From: Reclinomonas americana ATCC 50394
Lineage: Eukaryota
Assembly (NCBI GenBank): GCA_048213135.1
Contig: PS015054.1
Span: 381,812 to 445,811 of the forward strand
Length of the DNA stretch: 64,000 bases
Direction: 5' to 3'
A model generated the notes under the pieces. The model was not told the origin of the DNA and ran no database searches. It saw only the letters and a list, made by a program, of their open reading frames with translations. The position numbers and the translations under genes are program-made. Below, one piece after another: positions 57,165-64,000 of this stretch. The stretch's first letter is position 1; every line of letters begins with the position of its first letter.

Positions 57165-59027
57165 ATGGGAGACGCGGTGGAGGGGGATCCACCAGCAGCA
57201 GGCTCCACCTTTGTGGAGAGTCTGTGCCAGGCTGCACGAACGACCTTTGACGCTGGCCAGTTGCAAGCGTGTCACGATGTCGCGTTTTGTCATCGTCGTC
57301 GTCTCTCACGAGAAAGAGCGATCATCACTCATGAGGAAGCAAACGATCACAGCTATGCACCGCTGGCCTCCATCGCATTCAACGCAGCCGGCGATCACTG
57401 GCCGCGGAGATCGTTGCCGCCGAGATGCTCACCATGCGTGCTCGTTGCGTCAGTCTCGTGATCGCCGTCCTCGCGATCGCGTTATGCTCATTGTGTGCAC
57501 TCAGGCGTCAATCATCTCACGGGAAGCAGCAGTGGTGAAGGCGAGGAGGCAAAGGCGACAGAGCACTACCAGGCGGCGCTGATGGATGCGGCCAATGCGT
57601 GCGCCATTCTCAGTCAGGCCGCGGTGGCGGAGATTGCTCGATCGCCGATGATTGCCGCAGCGCACTTTGCCGGTGGATTGGCGCTGGAGGCGGTCGGGCA
57701 GCTGGAGGAGGCACTGGCGCAATTCACCAATGCTCTGTGGCATGATCCGATGCTGGCGCCGGCGTACCTGCGTCGTGGTTCGATCTTGTTGGAGCAAGCG
57801 GTGGCGGCGGGCGGCGGCGATGTCGACGAGGAGTTGCTCGAGCGTGTGGTGCTCGACATGCGGCAGGCGGTGGCGTACTTTGCGAATTCGCGCTTTGAGA
57901 AGCAGGCGCGAGTCGGGGTGTTGCTGGCGCGTGAGGCCTTGGTCAGTGTGCATCGGCAACGTGGAGCACTGACGGCAGCGGTTGCGGAGCTCGGGGAGAT
58001 TGTGCAACTGTGGCCCGAGCGAGTCGACTGCTGGCTACTGCGCGGACAGGTGCTCATGCAGGCTCGGCATCACGAGCAGGCACTGGAGGACTTTTATCAC
58101 GTGCTGTCGATGAGACCGACGCAGCCGGAGCAGGTGCACTTTTTACTGGCGCGCTGTCATCATGCCCTCGGTCGTGAGGACGATGCCCTTGAGCATCTCG
58201 AGTTTTGCCTCCGTCTGGACCCGCATCACACGCAAGCGGTTCGCTGGAATGCAGAGGCACGAGAGCCTTGATTTGTGGTGCCTGACTTGTCTGCGCGTCG
58301 CACAGTTGTATTTCCGCGCCAGAATATGGGAGGAGCAGGTCAGTGCGTCGTGTGCGTGCCTCGTTTTTCTGCATGGACCGCATAATGACACGCAGTGCAG
58401 TGTTCCGCACCCGAGCGCGCCGACCGCGATCTGTGGCGAGCGCAGTTGTCCATGTCGCTGGCTGCGGGCGACGAGACGCAGTCTGTTCGGCGAATGAGCG
58501 CTGCCGACGGTGTGCACGTGCCTGCGGAGGAAGCAGCACTGGCCGCCGATATTTCTGCGCGGCGAGCTCGACTGCACGAGCAAGGTTCAAGATGCCAGGA
58601 AGCGCGTACAGAACTCTGTGCTTTTGTTCTCACGTGCACACACGACTTTGTCGTAGGTGGCCGCAAGAAAGAGGCGCTGGTCGAATACGAACGAGCACTG
58701 GAGATCACCGAAGACGCCGTGCCGAACGCTGACCCGTTGTTCTCGTCGTGGATGGAGTTTCGCATTGGCCAGACACTCGGTACGTTCCTCATTCGACATC
58801 AGTGTTGATCACTGCAGCCTCACGCTGCGACGTGTGCAGAGGAGCTGGAAATGGTAGATTTGGCGCGTCTGGCCTACCTCCGTGTGCTGCGCATTCCCCA
58901 CACGGCCGAGGTGGATCAGAGTGCCATCGACGGACTGTTTCGACTGAGCGATCGTGCCGCAGCAGCGGCAGCGGCGGCTCGTCGACGGCGCAAGACCACC
59001 AAGAGCAACACGTGTCAAGTGCTATGA
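57165..59027 (+). CDS. TPR-repeat protein ending in a polybasic region + CaaX (CQVL*)
   Basis: Several TPR units (e.g. AHFAGGLALEAVGQLEEALAQFTNALWHDP; VHFLLARCHHALGREDDALEHLEFCLRLDP). Last exon reads ...ARRRRKTTKSNTCQVL*. Confidence 0.8.
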
Positions 59028-59150
59028 GTTGCGTTGATTGTTTTCTACGACTCTCAACCCACACTCTCCATTATCCATGTCACAAAACAAATCTAGAAAA
59101 ATCACAAACCACACACCCACACCGCCATCACAAGCAACAGCTTCCGTTGC

Positions 59151-62328
<3,178 letters not shown>

Positions 62329-62573
62329 TCAACGGCACATGATCGCCGCTCTTCCTCTTCTTCTCTCGTGTGCAGAGAACCGCCAAGTGTGTCATCCTTC
62401 AGTTGTCAATCGTCGACTTCTCTCGACGTCATTATTTCGACTTCAAACTGTACACTCGTCACCCCCTCTTCTCCTTCCTCAATGTACAAGCTATGTACAG
62501 CAGTATGTGTTGGGATATTTTCCGGGAGGAGAGGGGAGGAGACTCACTGACAACCGTGTGCCAGGCGCCCGCA

Positions 62574-64000
62574 TCACAAGCAGTCAAAGTAAGGTGCAGG
62601 TCGGCATGTGGTTCCCGGCGTGCACGTCACTTGCACCGCCCAGCCGCCGTATGTGCACACCGACAAGTTGTTGTCGACGCAGTCCCACGCGCCGCGGTTG
62701 ACATTGGGATCGCAGACTGGTTGCCCTGAGCCAGAGCGAGTGACTGCAAGATGGATGGATACATGAGACAACTGCCAGCCGAATTCGAAGAAAGACATGC
62801 AGGCTGCGTGCTTATAGTTACCTCCCGCAATCGTAAACAGCTTCTCCGTTTGGAGACCAACTGCATTCGTCGAACGAATGCGTACAGTGAGAGTGGTACG
62901 ACTCTCGCCGGCGTTCGCAATGCGCAAACTGTTGCCACTGATGTTGAATGCATCGCCGTTCGTCGATGCGTCGCTGACAATCGTGTAGGTGAACGACGAC
63001 GTGACGGAGGCAGTGGTCGACAGTTGGCCGACCACTGTGTTTGCAGAGGCCGTCGGAGCGGAGAAACTCGTTGCCGACAGCGAAATATTTGTGGGTCCAC
63101 CTGCACGTCATTGGTCAGATATCTCTCTCCCGCCTCTCCGCAGCATCGCTCCAAGAGACACAAACACACCTTGTGCGGTTGAACAAGGGTCGAAGCTGAG
63201 CGCCACCATCTTCCACTGCAGTTGCAAGTAAAGTTGATTTTGCAGCGTGTATGCGCACTGCAGCAAGGTGGTGCCGTTGCACTGCAGAGTGCACGACGTG
63301 GAGCAGCTGTCTCCCGGATTGGGGGCGGACGGTGTGGGGGTCGGTGTGGGCGTAGGAGTCGGCGTCGGTGTGGAGTTCACTGTGCCGATTGCGAAGACAA
63401 CATGAGCTCCATCATCATCCAAGCAGAGTGATGAACACAGCTCACCTCCAGCAATAGTAAACGTCTTCTCAAAGTACTTGCCACCGTTGGCGGCGGCGTC
63501 AGTGCTGCGCACGCGCACCGACAACGACGCCGACGACAGACCGGCCGTGGCGATTTGCAATGTATTGCCGCTCGCGCCGGCAATCTCAAACACATCGCCG
63601 TTCGTGCCACTCGCCGCCACAATGGTGTACGTGAAGGGACCGACGGTATCGGAGGTGGTAGACAGAGAGCCGATCACTTGGTGCGCGGTCGACGGCATCG
63701 AATACTGCCCGTTGCCGGAGAGCATCAGGTCGCTGGGACCGGCGGGTGGGTTGGGAGTCGCGCTGCCGGTGAGGCGATCAGCGACGCCAGCCAGCAGGGC
63801 GACACCATTTGACACTGCGGAGGAGAGGGTGAGCGAGCGGGTGGCAAGCACGGATCTCATTGGCTCTCCAACGACGCAACACTCCCAAATCATTATGCCT
63901 CCGTAGCCATTGGCCTTGACGTAGTCGGCCTTGAGACCCAACGACTGGTCGTCGTCGTACGAGATGAAGATTTGTGCCGACGCACTGTACAAGTATGGCA
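62574..64000 (-). CDS. GH18 chitinase, 3' part, followed by cadherin-like and CBM19-like modules (starts beyond the window end)
   Basis: PYLY...FISYDDDQSLGLKADYVKANGYGGIMIWE (GH18 C-terminal strands); two ~95-aa cadherin-like repeats; PT linker; Cys-rich modules ending GAWDCVDNNLSVCTYGGWAVQVTCTPGTTC. Confidence 0.85.

Overview
Gene-dense, GC-rich nuclear DNA of an unidentified eukaryote, probably a protist. Most introns are short (about 40-110 nt) and GT-AG, with donors GTGCG/GTTGCG/GTTCG/GTGAG and CTCAC/CTGAC-like branch sites. I reconstructed about 24 intron-rich protein genes by hand-splicing: RAB3GAP1, a six-repeat ubiquitin-like + CAP protein, TPR-JmjC, a GT31 glycosyltransferase, an SLC25 carrier, a membrane-bound RBR E3 ligase, SLC19, an OTU deubiquitinase, squalene epoxidase, ABCG, a histidine phosphatase, PCCB, a stand-alone m-AAA intermembrane-space-domain protein, GSAP, XRN2, CTP synthase, CMC1, a TPR-CaaX protein, mitochondrial EF-G1, a GH18 chitinase and three unknown proteins. 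Highlights: (1) a complete 5S rRNA gene in sense orientation inside a squalene epoxidase intron; (2) very small exons at conserved motifs, including an apparent 1-nt exon in XRN2 and 3-, 6-, 9-, 11- and 12-nt exons; (3) a U12-type AT-AC intron and two GC-AG introns; (4) a PTS2 peroxisomal signal on squalene epoxidase; (5) several unusual domain architectures; (6) 52-78 bp intergenic spacers and a pair of overlapping stop codons. Family assignments come from remembered motifs, not database searches. Gene boundaries are approximate.
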